From assembly GCA_049970895.1 (NCBI GenBank), contig JBMFMB010000003.1:9121-73120 (forward strand): a stretch of 64,000 nucleotides of DNA. The letters run 5' to 3'. This DNA is from Candidatus Bathyarchaeia archaeon. Lineage in GTDB: Archaea; Thermoproteota; Bathyarchaeia; Bathyarchaeales; Bathycorpusculaceae. The first letter of the stretch is position 1, and the number at the start of each line of letters is the position of its first letter. Under the pieces are notes generated by a model. That model worked only from the letters and a program-made list of their open reading frames with translations, was not told where the DNA came from and made no database searches. Positions 18,458-28,409 of the stretch are shown here, in pieces. The position numbers were made by a program, and so were the translations under genes.

Positions 18458-20086
18458 ATGGCTAAACTACGCCTCAAAGAAAAACTCGCAAAAATCAAGA
18501 AAATAAGGATAGAATTCAACATTGGAAAACCCAAAAAAGTGGCTATTCCACCACCCCCGCCAAAGCCCATTCCGAAAGGCTTCAAAGTTGTGGAGAGATA
18601 TCCGCTCTACGAGCCCTTCGCCCATGTAGCCATAGTTCAAAACCCAAAAACTGGCGAGTACAAGTATATCCTAGACGAGTTGCAGCTCGACCCATTAGAA
18701 AGGAGCGTTTACAACCGCATATTGGAAATACTCCTCGCCGAAATAGAGTCTCCTAAAGAGGAGATAGCCGACCCTAGAAAATTCTTTGCAGAAGAAGCCA
18801 AAAAAATTGTTGATAAGTACCGTATAAGCTTAGGGTGGCTTCCAGATGTTTCATGGTACAAGATTCTATACCATGCTGAGCGGGACCTTGTTGGTTTTGG
18901 TAGAATTGACCCATTAATGAGGGACCCAAACATTGAGGATATTTCATGTGACGGTGTGAATAAGCCTGTCTATGTCTGGCACAGAAGTTACGAAAGCATC
19001 GAGACAAACCTGGAATTTGAAAATGATGAAGAACTTGACAACATGGTTGTTAAGCTTGTCCACATGGCTGGGAAACACGTAAGCTCAGCCTTCCCAATAG
19101 TGGATGCCTCGCTTCCCGGGAAGCATAGGCTTGCAGTCTGTTATAGGCGTGAAATCACGCCCTTCGGCACAGCCTTCACAATTAGGAAGTTTAGGGAAGA
19201 CCCCTACTCAATAATAGACCTTATAAACCTTGGCACGTTCTCGGAGGAGATGGCTGCCTACTTCTGGCTTTGCCTAGAAAACAGAACCTCAATCATGGTT
19301 TTGGGAGGAACGGCAGCTGGGAAAACAACAGCCCTGAACGCCTTGGCATGCCTAATCAGACCTGGAAGCAAGATAATCACGATAGAGGAGACGGCGGAGC
19401 TTAACCTCCCCCACGAAAACTGGGTCTCCCTCATTGCCAGACAAAGTTACGGGCTTGGCGGAAGCAGTGTTGGCGAGGTAACCCTCTTCGACCTCGTTAA
19501 AACCTCTATGAGGCATCGTCCAGACGTGCTCATAGTCGGTGAGGTTAGAGGACAAGAAGCCTACGTGCTTTTCCAGGCGCTTGCCACAGGCCACGGTGGC
19601 ATGTGCACAATGCACGCTGAAAATCTAGATTCAGCTATAAAGCGTTTGACCCAGAAGCCCATGGACATTGCACCAGCCTATATCCCATTAATGAACATTG
19701 TCTTGTCAGTTCAGCGAGTGCACCTGCAAAAATCCGGCGAAAGGAAAGCCTACAGGCGTGTAATGAACGTGAACGAAATTGCCGACTACGAGGATTACCG
19801 CTGCACATTCAAGTGGCATCCAGTAAAGGATGAGCATATACCATCACTCGACAAGAGCATAATGCTGGCTGGAATTTCAGAGCGGCTAGGCTTAAGCAAG
19901 AAGGACCTATTAGAGGAAATTGATAGGCGAAAGCAGATCTTGCACTGGATGAGGGAGCGCAACATAAGAAGCTACAGGGATGTAGCCGCAATAATTGCGG
20001 AATACTACGCAAGGCCAAAACAGTTCTATGAGAAGGTTCTCGCCGGGGAGGAGGTGAAGGCGGTTGCCGTTTCTAGAAACCCTTGA
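18458..20086 (+). CDS. Type IV pilus assembly ATPase (TadA/VirB11/ArlI family)
   Basis: Walker A GGTAAGKTT, TIEETAEL, RHRPDVLIVGEVRG and TGHGGMCTMH. Confidence 0.95.
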   Translation: MAKLRLKEKLAKIKKIRIEFNIGKPKKVAIPPPPPKPIPKGFKVVERYPLYEPFAHVAIVQNPKTGEYKYILDELQLDPLERSVYNRILEILLAEIESPKEEIADPRKFFAEEAKKIVDKYRISLGWLPDVSWYKILYHAERDLVGFGRIDPLMRDPNIEDISCDGVNKPVYVWHRSYESIETNLEFENDEELDNMVVKLVHMAGKHVSSAFPIVDASLPGKHRLAVCYRREITPFGTAFTIRKFREDPYSIIDLINLGTFSEEMAAYFWLCLENRTSIMVLGGTAAGKTTALNALACLIRPGSKIITIEETAELNLPHENWVSLIARQSYGLGGSSVGEVTLFDLVKTSMRHRPDVLIVGEVRGQEAYVLFQALATGHGGMCTMHAENLDSAIKRLTQKPMDIAPAYIPLMNIVLSVQRVHLQKSGERKAYRRVMNVNEIADYEDYRCTFKWHPVKDEHIPSLDKSIMLAGISERLGLSKKDLLEEIDRRKQILHWMRERNIRSYRDVAAIIAEYYARPKQFYEKVLAGEEVKAVAVSRNP

Positions 20087-21767
20087 GGCATGGTCCTTCC
20101 GCATCTTCGGGCGAGCAGCACCCTTCTTCCTAAGGCATGTCGTTGAGTTTAAAGACTATTTGGAAAGGGCGAAAATCAAAATCTACCCTGAAACCTATGT
20201 TTCACTGATGCTTTTTGTATCAGTTCTAACAATCCCGGTATCCTTAATCTCCATAATAGTGTTATACTTTTTCGCATTTCTGCCAGCCATATTCCTCGTT
20301 CCATTTCCAATTTACGTTATGATAGGGTTCTTCCTAATACCATTGTCAAGGGCTGGTGAGAGGGCCTCAAATCTTGAGAGGGAGATGCCCTTCGTAGCGG
20401 CTTACATCAGCGTTATGGCTTCTGGCGGCATAGCTCCATACACGAGTTTTAAGCGGTTAGCCGAGGTTGAGCTGATGCCAGCTATGCGAAGCGAAGCCAG
20501 AGAAATAATAAAGGATGTGGAAATCTTTGGAATAGACCCCTTGACGGCAATGGAGAACGCAGCTAAAAGAAATCCCCTAGACATTTTCAAAGACTTTTTG
20601 GCAGGCTACGCCTCAACAGTCATAATAGGCGGTGATATTGGGCACTTCCTTGAGAGAAAGGCTGAGGACATTTTCAAAACCAGGGCTATGCGGGTGAAGG
20701 CTGCCGCTGAAAGGCTTGGAATGCTCCTAGAAACCTTCATAATTGTCATGGTTCTGATGTCCATGTGCTTCTTCATTCTCTTTGCTGTGGAAAGCATGCC
20801 TGGCGTCAGTGGAGGAGGGGGAGTTTCCATGCAGTCTGGAATAATCCTCTACACCTACATATTCACGCCCATGCTTTCGCTAGTCTTCATTTATTTGGCG
20901 CATAGCATGCAGCCTAAAACACCAGTTGTGGACATGCGCCCCTACAAGGTTTTCGGGATATGCAGCATTTTTGGCATAGCATTGCTATTGTTATTAACCA
21001 ACTTCTTCGGACTCATCAATATTCCTTTTCTAAGCCCGGTTCAAAAAATGGTGGACTTACCAACGGCAATAGCAATAGCCCTCTTTGTTACAACGGCTCC
21101 TGCAGCTGTAGTATACCACAAGATTAGCAGTTACAAGGCAAGTATGGAACAGGGAATCAACAGCTTCCTGAGGGACCTGACAGAGGTTAGGAAGACTGGC
21201 CTGTCACCGGAAAAATGCATAGAAAGCCTATCAAACCGTGATTATGGTGTTTTCAGCAGGGAACTGCGCAAAATCAGCTCAGAAATTTCATGGGGTGTTC
21301 CGGTTAGGAAGGTTATTATGGACTTTGTCAAGCGCACGAAGAGCTGGCTTGCCCAGCTTGTCATGTTCCTCCTCGTTGAAACAATAGATGTGGGCGGAGG
21401 CACAATAGCCATGATTGAGTCCCTTGCAAGATTCAACAACCTTACACAGGAGGTTGAAAAAGAGAAGAAGATGGCTACACGTCCCTATGTTATGATGCCC
21501 TACTTCGCTGCAATCCTCCTAGTGGCAACGACACTTATGATGCTAAACTTCGCCACAGCCACAAGAGAAGTTGCCGGAGGCAGTCCAGCAGCAGATATGA
21601 CCGGCATAAAAATGATTTTCACCACGTCGGTGATTTTCCACAGCTATTTGATAGGCATTGTGGCTGGCAAAATAAGCGAGGAATCCGTGGCTGCTGGCTT
21701 TAAGCATGGCGCAATACTGGTAATAATCGCTGCTTTAGCTGCAAAGGTTGTGCCAATGTTCATGTAA
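20064..21767 (+). CDS. Type IV pilus membrane platform protein (two TadC/T2SSF domains)
   Basis: Two cytoplasmic domains each followed by TM helices; overlaps the ATPase stop. Confidence 0.92.
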   Translation: MPFLETLEAWSFRIFGRAAPFFLRHVVEFKDYLERAKIKIYPETYVSLMLFVSVLTIPVSLISIIVLYFFAFLPAIFLVPFPIYVMIGFFLIPLSRAGERASNLEREMPFVAAYISVMASGGIAPYTSFKRLAEVELMPAMRSEAREIIKDVEIFGIDPLTAMENAAKRNPLDIFKDFLAGYASTVIIGGDIGHFLERKAEDIFKTRAMRVKAAAERLGMLLETFIIVMVLMSMCFFILFAVESMPGVSGGGGVSMQSGIILYTYIFTPMLSLVFIYLAHSMQPKTPVVDMRPYKVFGICSIFGIALLLLLTNFFGLINIPFLSPVQKMVDLPTAIAIALFVTTAPAAVVYHKISSYKASMEQGINSFLRDLTEVRKTGLSPEKCIESLSNRDYGVFSRELRKISSEISWGVPVRKVIMDFVKRTKSWLAQLVMFLLVETIDVGGGTIAMIESLARFNNLTQEVEKEKKMATRPYVMMPYFAAILLVATTLMMLNFATATREVAGGSPAADMTGIKMIFTTSVIFHSYLIGIVAGKISEESVAAGFKHGAILVIIAALAAKVVPMFM

Positions 21768-21780
21768 AAGAGGGAAAAGA

Positions 21781-22605
21781 GTGGAGTTTAAACTCAAACT
21801 TTCAAAAAGTTCTGGGTTGAAGAAGAATAGGAAAGCTGTTAGCCCAGCGATCTCCATGGTTATCATAACAGCTGTTACTATCGTATTGGTTTTGGTGGCT
21901 GGTAACTATGCTTACCAAGTTTTGGAGCGTCAGAGGGGGACTTCCGAATTTGACACTGTAAAGAAGTCTTTCATAACTTTTGATGACGCAATAAGAGATA
22001 TTGCATGGGACAAAAGTGGAGCACGTTCCGCGCGGTTTACAATTAATTATGGCGTATTAGAGGTGGTGCCAGCTAACGAAGTGAAAGGATTACCCGTAAA
22101 CGTTACAGTTATAGGATACCCTGAAGCAAAATATGCTGGTTTTACCGGATATCTAAGGTACAACTTGTCTACATACTATGTCACATTTGGAAAAGGCTAC
22201 AAATCATATTTATTTGGAGATAACAAAACAATAATATCAAAAAGTACTGAAAATTTTGGCGCTGTACTGGTTGAACAGCAGTCAATGTGGATCTCTCTGT
22301 CGCTTTATTATAGGGTTAGGGTTTCAAGAACTTCCGTAGTCCGAGTGGGCAACGACATCGTCAACTATGTTGAGATATTGATCATTAAATTAACGGCGAT
22401 ACGATGGTCCGTTTATAAGGGTGATATCGATCTGGCGGCTAGGAATAATGCTATAACAACGAAATCTTACGGGCCATATAATGCTGGAAACAGCTGTACT
22501 GTTTCGGTCAGCATAGGTGAATTAAGCAACACAATACCAGTGAACCTAACGCCTGGAAAAGTTGTCTTTAACTTTGTCATAGCAGAGGTTCAAGTGGGTG
22601 CTTAA
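21781..22605 (+). CDS. Pilin-like protein with class III signal peptide
   Basis: KKNRKA|VSPAISMVIIT plus hydrophobic helix; start uncertain. Confidence 0.82.
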   Translation: MEFKLKLSKSSGLKKNRKAVSPAISMVIITAVTIVLVLVAGNYAYQVLERQRGTSEFDTVKKSFITFDDAIRDIAWDKSGARSARFTINYGVLEVVPANEVKGLPVNVTVIGYPEAKYAGFTGYLRYNLSTYYVTFGKGYKSYLFGDNKTIISKSTENFGAVLVEQQSMWISLSLYYRVRVSRTSVVRVGNDIVNYVEILIIKLTAIRWSVYKGDIDLAARNNAITTKSYGPYNAGNSCTVSVSIGELSNTIPVNLTPGKVVFNFVIAEVQVGA

Positions 22606-22618
22606 GGGGGGTTAAAAA

Positions 22619-23083
22619 CTGCCTGCGCCAACAATTAGCTATCTCATTTGCACTTCAGCCTTGGTTATGTTAATTTTTCTTATGCCCTTCTTTTATGCCA
22701 TGGCAGTTGACAATATTCGTTTTGGCATGGTTCGCAGGGAGTTGAGGGAAATAGCCGATTATGTTTCTAACACAATAGCCAACTTATACTTCCTAGTTAA
22801 CTCAACGGAAATTCAAAGTGTTAATCTGACAAAGGAGCTTGTGTATTTGCCCTCCTCTGTTGAAAATTTTGTTTACGTTTTAAGAATTGAGGGGAGCGGC
22901 GGTACAGCTTTAAAAGTGATCGCTTATTTGAAGGATAGGTCTTCTGTTTTGGCTGATACGTGGTTGACCCCAGGGTTAAAAGTTGATGCTGCAAGAAACT
23001 CTGTTGTTAGTTGTGGTTGGACTGTGGTTGTCGGTTGTTATCGGAATAGTGCTGGTGTTTATGTTTGGATCGGTTATGGTTGA
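22619..23083 (+). CDS. Minor pilin-like protein, probable CTG start
   Basis: In-frame CTG after AAGGGGGG gives MPAPTISYLICTSALVMLIFL, a complete N-terminal hydrophobic helix. Confidence 0.7.
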   Translation: MPAPTISYLICTSALVMLIFLMPFFYAMAVDNIRFGMVRRELREIADYVSNTIANLYFLVNSTEIQSVNLTKELVYLPSSVENFVYVLRIEGSGGTALKVIAYLKDRSSVLADTWLTPGLKVDAARNSVVSCGWTVVVGCYRNSAGVYVWIGYG

Positions 23084-23166
23084 TGAGGTTTATGTATAAG
23101 TGATGAACTATTGTTTAGTAAGACTTAATAAATAGGTTTTATTCAGATTAACAAGGGAAATCTAAA

Positions 23167-24327
23167 GTGGTTAACGCCGTCTACGATCACATAATAGCAA
23201 TAGTAGTCATCTGTGTAATGTTCGTTGGAGCGGTGGTTGTACTGCCAACGTTAAGTGTGGCAAACATTAAAGCAGTAGATCAGCAACAGCTAAGAAACAT
23301 AGCCTTAAACTTATTTAACACCATGCTACTAGACACGGGAGAACCCATAAACTGGGGTTCCATCGACCCGTTCAATATAAGTATGATAACTCGGTTCGGA
23401 CTAGCTAGTGCCCGTGATTCAACGTTATACTTATTAGATCCGAATAAGGTTCAAAGACTGATAAAAGGTAACCCGTTAGGTGAGTTACCTTATAATGCAG
23501 TAAAGGAACTTTTGGGGTTGCAAGGCTATGAATTTACCTTTAAAATAACTCCGCCCTTTAATGTGACGAATCTAGACGGGACGAAAATAGATAGTATGCA
23601 CCCTCCAATAACATTAATAGGTTCTACACTGCGTTATGCGGTTAAAGTTTCTTATCTAGATGGTAGACCAATACCGAATGCATTAGTTGAGGCAACGGTA
23701 TACTACACAACAAAAGATGCTTTCTTTATTCTTCGAAGTAGCGCTTCTACTGATTCTTTAGGTCGATGTATACAGAACGTTACTCTTAACAATCAGAGTA
23801 ATGATATTCGAAGCATTATAGTGATTTTTAGAGTTACAGTTGCGAACGTAGCTACTATGGTCGTGACTTATACATCTAGTTTGGTAAGGATTGCAGACAT
23901 CAATTTAGTAGGCGAAACAATAATACTCACGCGAACAAAGGATACACCATCGGATAACGTATGGATAGTTAATGCCACATATATTACTGGTAATGGAGAT
24001 TTAAAATATCTATTTAATGCTAGTGCAAAAAATGACAAGCGATATCAGTTGAATACAGGGGCAAAGAGAATGTGGAATGGAACATACATAGGGCTTTCAT
24101 ATTATGATCCGGTATGCTTTGTCCTTAATTTCTGGGCTGTGGACTCCAATGGAAAGGGCAGGTCAGAAATCGTGATAGCTGGTCCGTTTCAAAATACAAT
24201 GGGTTATGCGGTTTTTGATTATGGCAACTCTTTACTTGGGTACGGTTCTGTTAGATTTCAAAGGAGTGTTATTATTTCTGGTATGACTTATATTGCGGAG
24301 TTGTGGCTTTGGAAAGAATCTCCCTAA
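23167..24327 (+). CDS. Minor pilin-like protein
   Basis: N-terminal TM helix, LLDTGEPINWG...FGLA motif; pilus locus context. Confidence 0.75.
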   Translation: MVNAVYDHIIAIVVICVMFVGAVVVLPTLSVANIKAVDQQQLRNIALNLFNTMLLDTGEPINWGSIDPFNISMITRFGLASARDSTLYLLDPNKVQRLIKGNPLGELPYNAVKELLGLQGYEFTFKITPPFNVTNLDGTKIDSMHPPITLIGSTLRYAVKVSYLDGRPIPNALVEATVYYTTKDAFFILRSSASTDSLGRCIQNVTLNNQSNDIRSIIVIFRVTVANVATMVVTYTSSLVRIADINLVGETIILTRTKDTPSDNVWIVNATYITGNGDLKYLFNASAKNDKRYQLNTGAKRMWNGTYIGLSYYDPVCFVLNFWAVDSNGKGRSEIVIAGPFQNTMGYAVFDYGNSLLGYGSVRFQRSVIISGMTYIAELWLWKESP

Positions 24328-24767
24328 AAGCTAGTGGACAAATGAGAGTCGTTGAAGTCATTCTCGCCTCTTTGGTTATTGTATTTGCTTTAGCTTTTGC
24401 AAACATTCTGGCAATAGCGCCTACAAGTCCAAAGTATGAAGTGACAGAACTGGAAAAAATGGGGTATAACGTTCTTTATGATTTAGATAAGCAAGGTCTC
24501 CTTGCCAAATTTGTATACAACAAAAACTGGAGCGACCTTCAAGCGGCATTGCGAGTTTTACTACCCTTAGAAGTGTATTTTAACCTGACTGTATACTACT
24601 CAAATGGAACAACAGTTAATGAGGTTCCAATTTTTTATGGTAGTATAGAAACTTTTTCTACGTCTAAAAATGTTGCTTCTGTGGCCTACGGGTTGTGCGG
24701 CTATTCTACAATGGATAAAGCTGTTTATGATCCAAGAACTCTTGTTTTACAACTCGCGAGAGGATAG
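24303..24767 (+). CDS. Minor pilin-like protein
   Basis: KASG|QMRVVEVILASLVI class III-like signal. Confidence 0.75.
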   Translation: MALERISLKASGQMRVVEVILASLVIVFALAFANILAIAPTSPKYEVTELEKMGYNVLYDLDKQGLLAKFVYNKNWSDLQAALRVLLPLEVYFNLTVYYSNGTTVNEVPIFYGSIETFSTSKNVASVAYGLCGYSTMDKAVYDPRTLVLQLARG

Positions 24768-24769
24768 TT

Positions 24770-25531
24770 GTGAGAAAGCTCATTAGTAATAAAAGAGGAC
24801 AGTTTGTGATAATTGCTGTTCTAATGATAGCCGTAATGATCATATCTATAGGTGTTTTGATGCATAGAGCAGTAACCTATTATAGGCATGAGCCGTGGGA
24901 AGAGTATTTGGCGTTGATTGGCAACATAGAGTTAAACTCTAAATGCTTGGTGGAGCTTAGTTTAGCCAACTATAGCCTCAGTTTAGCAAAAAACGGTAAC
25001 TGCACGCCAGATACCCTAAAAATCAATTTGGAAAAGTGGAGAGTAGATGTGTCAAAAATATATCCTGGTCGTGGAGTATCCATAAACTATGAGTTGGCAA
25101 ATCGTTCATACAACGTTTACGGTGTAGATATAAAATATCTGTTTGGACTAAACTGTAGCTGGTATAAACCCAAATCTTTCTCGGTAGCAAACGCTACCTT
25201 CGCACTTAACATGACATCAATTGGGTTATTTGGCTATAAATTTGGGCATGTGGCTTTTCTAAATTTGACAATAATTAGCGTAAGAGGAAGCAGGATTAAC
25301 GTAACTGTAAAAGCGGAGAATAAAACGCCCATTTCTGGTTTGAGAAAAGAGAACTTTCAGGTGAGCCAGGTGTCAAGTAATACAACTTTGCAAATTGTTT
25401 CTGTTAAATCGTTTTATGATGACAGGGAAATGCTTGTTTATGTAATAGAGTGTAGCCAAAGCGTTAGCGTCCCCATTAATGTAAAAGTCTGTGACTTCCG
25501 GGGAATTCAAGTTATCGCGAAATATCCTTAA
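24770..25531 (+). CDS. Minor pilin-like protein
   Basis: NKRG|QFVIIAVLMIAVMII class III signal. Confidence 0.8.
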   Translation: MRKLISNKRGQFVIIAVLMIAVMIISIGVLMHRAVTYYRHEPWEEYLALIGNIELNSKCLVELSLANYSLSLAKNGNCTPDTLKINLEKWRVDVSKIYPGRGVSINYELANRSYNVYGVDIKYLFGLNCSWYKPKSFSVANATFALNMTSIGLFGYKFGHVAFLNLTIISVRGSRINVTVKAENKTPISGLRKENFQVSQVSSNTTLQIVSVKSFYDDREMLVYVIECSQSVSVPINVKVCDFRGIQVIAKYP

Positions 25532-25652
25532 TAAGCTTTCCACTAAAAGAAAAGAAGACTATGAAAATTGTTATTTTAGATTTGGATTGCGAATTCATAC
25601 AAGTTAAATAAATGTTCTTCAGATTTCATAAACAGCAGAAGGTGCAGCCACC

Positions 25653-26105
25653 ATGAAAACCAAAACAGTGTTAAAGTCTAGGAAGGGTATATCCCCAATC
25701 CTCGCAACCCTTCTCCTCATAGTAATAGCCGTAGCAGCCATAGTTGTGACATACGCATGGATAATGATATACATGCGCAGCGCAGGGTATCAAGCAGGCA
25801 TACAACTCAATATAGAGGCTATAAGCTGGCCAACCAACAGCATTAAACTTTATGTAAGAAACACTGGAACATCAGATGCAACCGTCGACGCGGTTTATGT
25901 AGGTACATCCTCAGAAAATCTTGTAAAACAAAATGCAACTTTCAACCCGACTAACAAGGTCGTCGTAGCTAATGGAGGAATGATAGAGATAACGATTACC
26001 TATGAGTGGACACCTCTAGAAACATACTACTTCAAGGTTGCTCCATCAACTGGACCAGCAGCGGAAGGTAGCGCAAAGGCACCAGCATCACCAGCATCAC
26101 CCTAA
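25653..26105 (+). CDS. Probable major type IV pilin
   Basis: KSRKG|ISPILATLLLIVIAVAA and YVRNTG; own TATA-like box upstream. Confidence 0.9.
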   Translation: MKTKTVLKSRKGISPILATLLLIVIAVAAIVVTYAWIMIYMRSAGYQAGIQLNIEAISWPTNSIKLYVRNTGTSDATVDAVYVGTSSENLVKQNATFNPTNKVVVANGGMIEITITYEWTPLETYYFKVAPSTGPAAEGSAKAPASPASP

Positions 26106-26187
26106 ACCCTTTTAACACTTTAAACAAGACTTTTGTTAAGCGTTTATAAGATACTTTTTCTAAACCCAAAATAAGCAGTGACTAGAA

Positions 26188-27039
26188 ATGCAAATTCAAG
26201 CTTCCATCGAAGCCGCCAAAATATGCCTAACAACATTTTTTCTACTTTACGCCTCTTGGAGCGACTATAAAACTCGCGAAGTAAGCAACAACGTCTGGAT
26301 TTTATATGCACCGCCAGCTTTCGCCTTAACCTTCGCAGAACTTTTTCTTTTCGATTCTTCCATGTTCCCATATTATGGTTTGTGCTTCGCTTTAACATCA
26401 GCCTTCGCCATAATCCTCTTCTATGCTGGAGGTTTTGGCGGGGCAGACGCGAAGGCTTTGATGTGTCTTGCCTTGGCTTTACCCTTCTATCCGTCTGAAC
26501 TTCTAAAACCATTAGGTGAAGCTTCACCAATAACGAACCTTTTCTTTCCAGTTACAGTTTTCAGCAACTCAGTCATTTTGGCAGCCCTAACAGCCATATA
26601 CCTAATATTCCATAACCTTTTATGGCGCCTAAAAACTGGCGACCCGCTTTTCGAGGGGAAACAGCGAGAAGAGTCAATAGGCAAAAAGATTTTGGTTTTG
26701 GTAACCGGCTACAAGATTCATTTTAAAAAGTTGAAGGAGAAATGGCACATATACCCCCTAGAAGACGTGGAAAATGCCGAGGAAGACGAAATTAAAAGGA
26801 AACTCTTGGTTTTGCCAAAGGATGAGGAAAGAGAAGCCATAGTCAAAAGGCTGGAAAAGGCTGTTGAGGCTGGAAAAATACGCGGAAAAGTTTGGGCGAC
26901 GCCTGGACTGCCAATGCTCATTTTCATGACAGCTGGTTTGGTCTTGGCATTGGTTTATGGAGATGTTGTTTGGGCATTGGTCCACTTTTTTATGGGGGAT
27001 GAACGCTTCATAAGAGTTAATTCATTTTGGCAGCAATAA
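26188..27039 (+). CDS. Prepilin peptidase (A24, PibD/EppA-like)
   Basis: ASWSDYKTREV, GGADAK and VWATPGLPM. Confidence 0.93.
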   Translation: MQIQASIEAAKICLTTFFLLYASWSDYKTREVSNNVWILYAPPAFALTFAELFLFDSSMFPYYGLCFALTSAFAIILFYAGGFGGADAKALMCLALALPFYPSELLKPLGEASPITNLFFPVTVFSNSVILAALTAIYLIFHNLLWRLKTGDPLFEGKQREESIGKKILVLVTGYKIHFKKLKEKWHIYPLEDVENAEEDEIKRKLLVLPKDEEREAIVKRLEKAVEAGKIRGKVWATPGLPMLIFMTAGLVLALVYGDVVWALVHFFMGDERFIRVNSFWQQ

Positions 27040-27063
27040 CTTTGGTTTAGGAAGGCGTGAAGC

Positions 27064-28173
27064 TTGCTGGACGAATATTTGGATGAGGTTAAGGATTTTT
27101 TAAAAAGCCAGCAGAGGGAAGCAGAAGTTGTTGTTATGCCAGACTTCTTCCTCGACAGATTCGTAAGCATAAACACAACCCCAGACCGCTTCTTCAGAAC
27201 AGTTATGGAAGTCGTTGGAAGGAAGGGTGGAAGCATAGATGGAATAATCCAAAAAGAGTTTAGGGGCGGAAACGCCATAAATACCGCAGCCGCCCTAGCA
27301 AACCTAGGCATGAAGGTTACGCCAATAGTTTGCACGGATAAGCTTGGGCTTCAACTCATCAAGTTTTATGTAAAATCGCCAAAAATAAGCCTCACCCACA
27401 TAAAAATAGTGGAAAAGCCATCAATAACAACAGCCCTAGAGTTCGAAACAGCCGGTGGAAAAGCCAACGTCATGCTTAGGGATGTTGGCTCCCTAGTAGA
27501 TTTTGGACCGCAAAACCTAGAAGCTGAAGACTTTGAGGCTATTGAGAGGGCTGACTGCACATGCGTTTTCAACTGGGCTGGAACAAGGAAATTTGGCACT
27601 GATCTGGCTGAAACGGTTTTCCGCTACTCCAAAACCTCGGGGAAGGGCAAAACCTACTTTGACCCTGCCGACCCAACCCCAAACAAAAGGAAAGCCAGAA
27701 AACTACTGGAAAATGTTCTGCAAAGCGACATGTTGGACGTTATAAGCCTAAACGAGAATGAGGCAGTTTTCTTCGCATCGCTTATAAAAGGTGAAGTTGA
27801 GGAACCGGCGAAAGGTTTGGGTTTTGAAGCGTTGGCCATGGAATCTGCGAAGTTTTTAGCTTCACGCTTTAGAGCTAGAATAGACCTACACACAACAGAG
27901 TATTCCGCAACTTTTAACAGGAAAGCTGAGACGGTTGTTCCAGCCTTTCGTGTTCCTGTTTTGAGGGCAACTGGTGCTGGCGACGCTTGGAACGCTGGTA
28001 ATATATTGGGAACGGTTTGTGGGTTGGCTGATGCTGTTAGGCTTACGTTAGCTAACGCTGTTGCAGCCTACTACATATCAAACCATGAGGGCAAACACCC
28101 CACTCGAAAAGAGCTTTCCAAGTTCTGCAATTGGCTTAAGGGTCAGTGGAAAACCAAAACAGATAAAAATTAG
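27064..28173 (+). CDS. PfkB/ribokinase-family kinase
   Basis: GGNAIN, LNENEA and ATGAGDAWNAG. Confidence 0.88.
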   Translation: MLDEYLDEVKDFLKSQQREAEVVVMPDFFLDRFVSINTTPDRFFRTVMEVVGRKGGSIDGIIQKEFRGGNAINTAAALANLGMKVTPIVCTDKLGLQLIKFYVKSPKISLTHIKIVEKPSITTALEFETAGGKANVMLRDVGSLVDFGPQNLEAEDFEAIERADCTCVFNWAGTRKFGTDLAETVFRYSKTSGKGKTYFDPADPTPNKRKARKLLENVLQSDMLDVISLNENEAVFFASLIKGEVEEPAKGLGFEALAMESAKFLASRFRARIDLHTTEYSATFNRKAETVVPAFRVPVLRATGAGDAWNAGNILGTVCGLADAVRLTLANAVAAYYISNHEGKHPTRKELSKFCNWLKGQWKTKTDKN

Positions 28174-28208
28174 ATTGAGGCAAAGAGCATCAGCTCGGAG
28201 AACTTAAT

Positions 28209-28403
28209 ATGCCGACGGAAATCTTCGACATAGACAAGTTCGTTGAAATAAGCGAAAGAGCCGAATACTGCGCAGTTAAACGCCTAAAAGATGTCGTGAA
28301 ACTTAAACTCCGCACTCCAAGGATGCTATACACCCTTAAGGTTGAACCTTCAAAGGCTGAAGAGGTCATAAAGAAGCTCAGATGCGAAATCCGTGAAATA
28401 TAG
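28209..28403 (+). CDS. rpl38e: 50S ribosomal protein L38e
   Basis: MP.EI.DI.KF...KLKLRTPRMLYTL. Confidence 0.82.
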   Translation: MPTEIFDIDKFVEISERAEYCAVKRLKDVVKLKLRTPRMLYTLKVEPSKAEEVIKKLRCEIREI

Positions 28404-28409
28404 CAGAAT

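Noticed and set aside
23081-23110. Two TGATGA (box C-like) words
   Set aside because: No matching CTGA boxes or terminal stem
18458-26105. Archaellum operon
   Set aside because: No arlH, arlF/G or chemotaxis genes; the pilins are not archaellin-like
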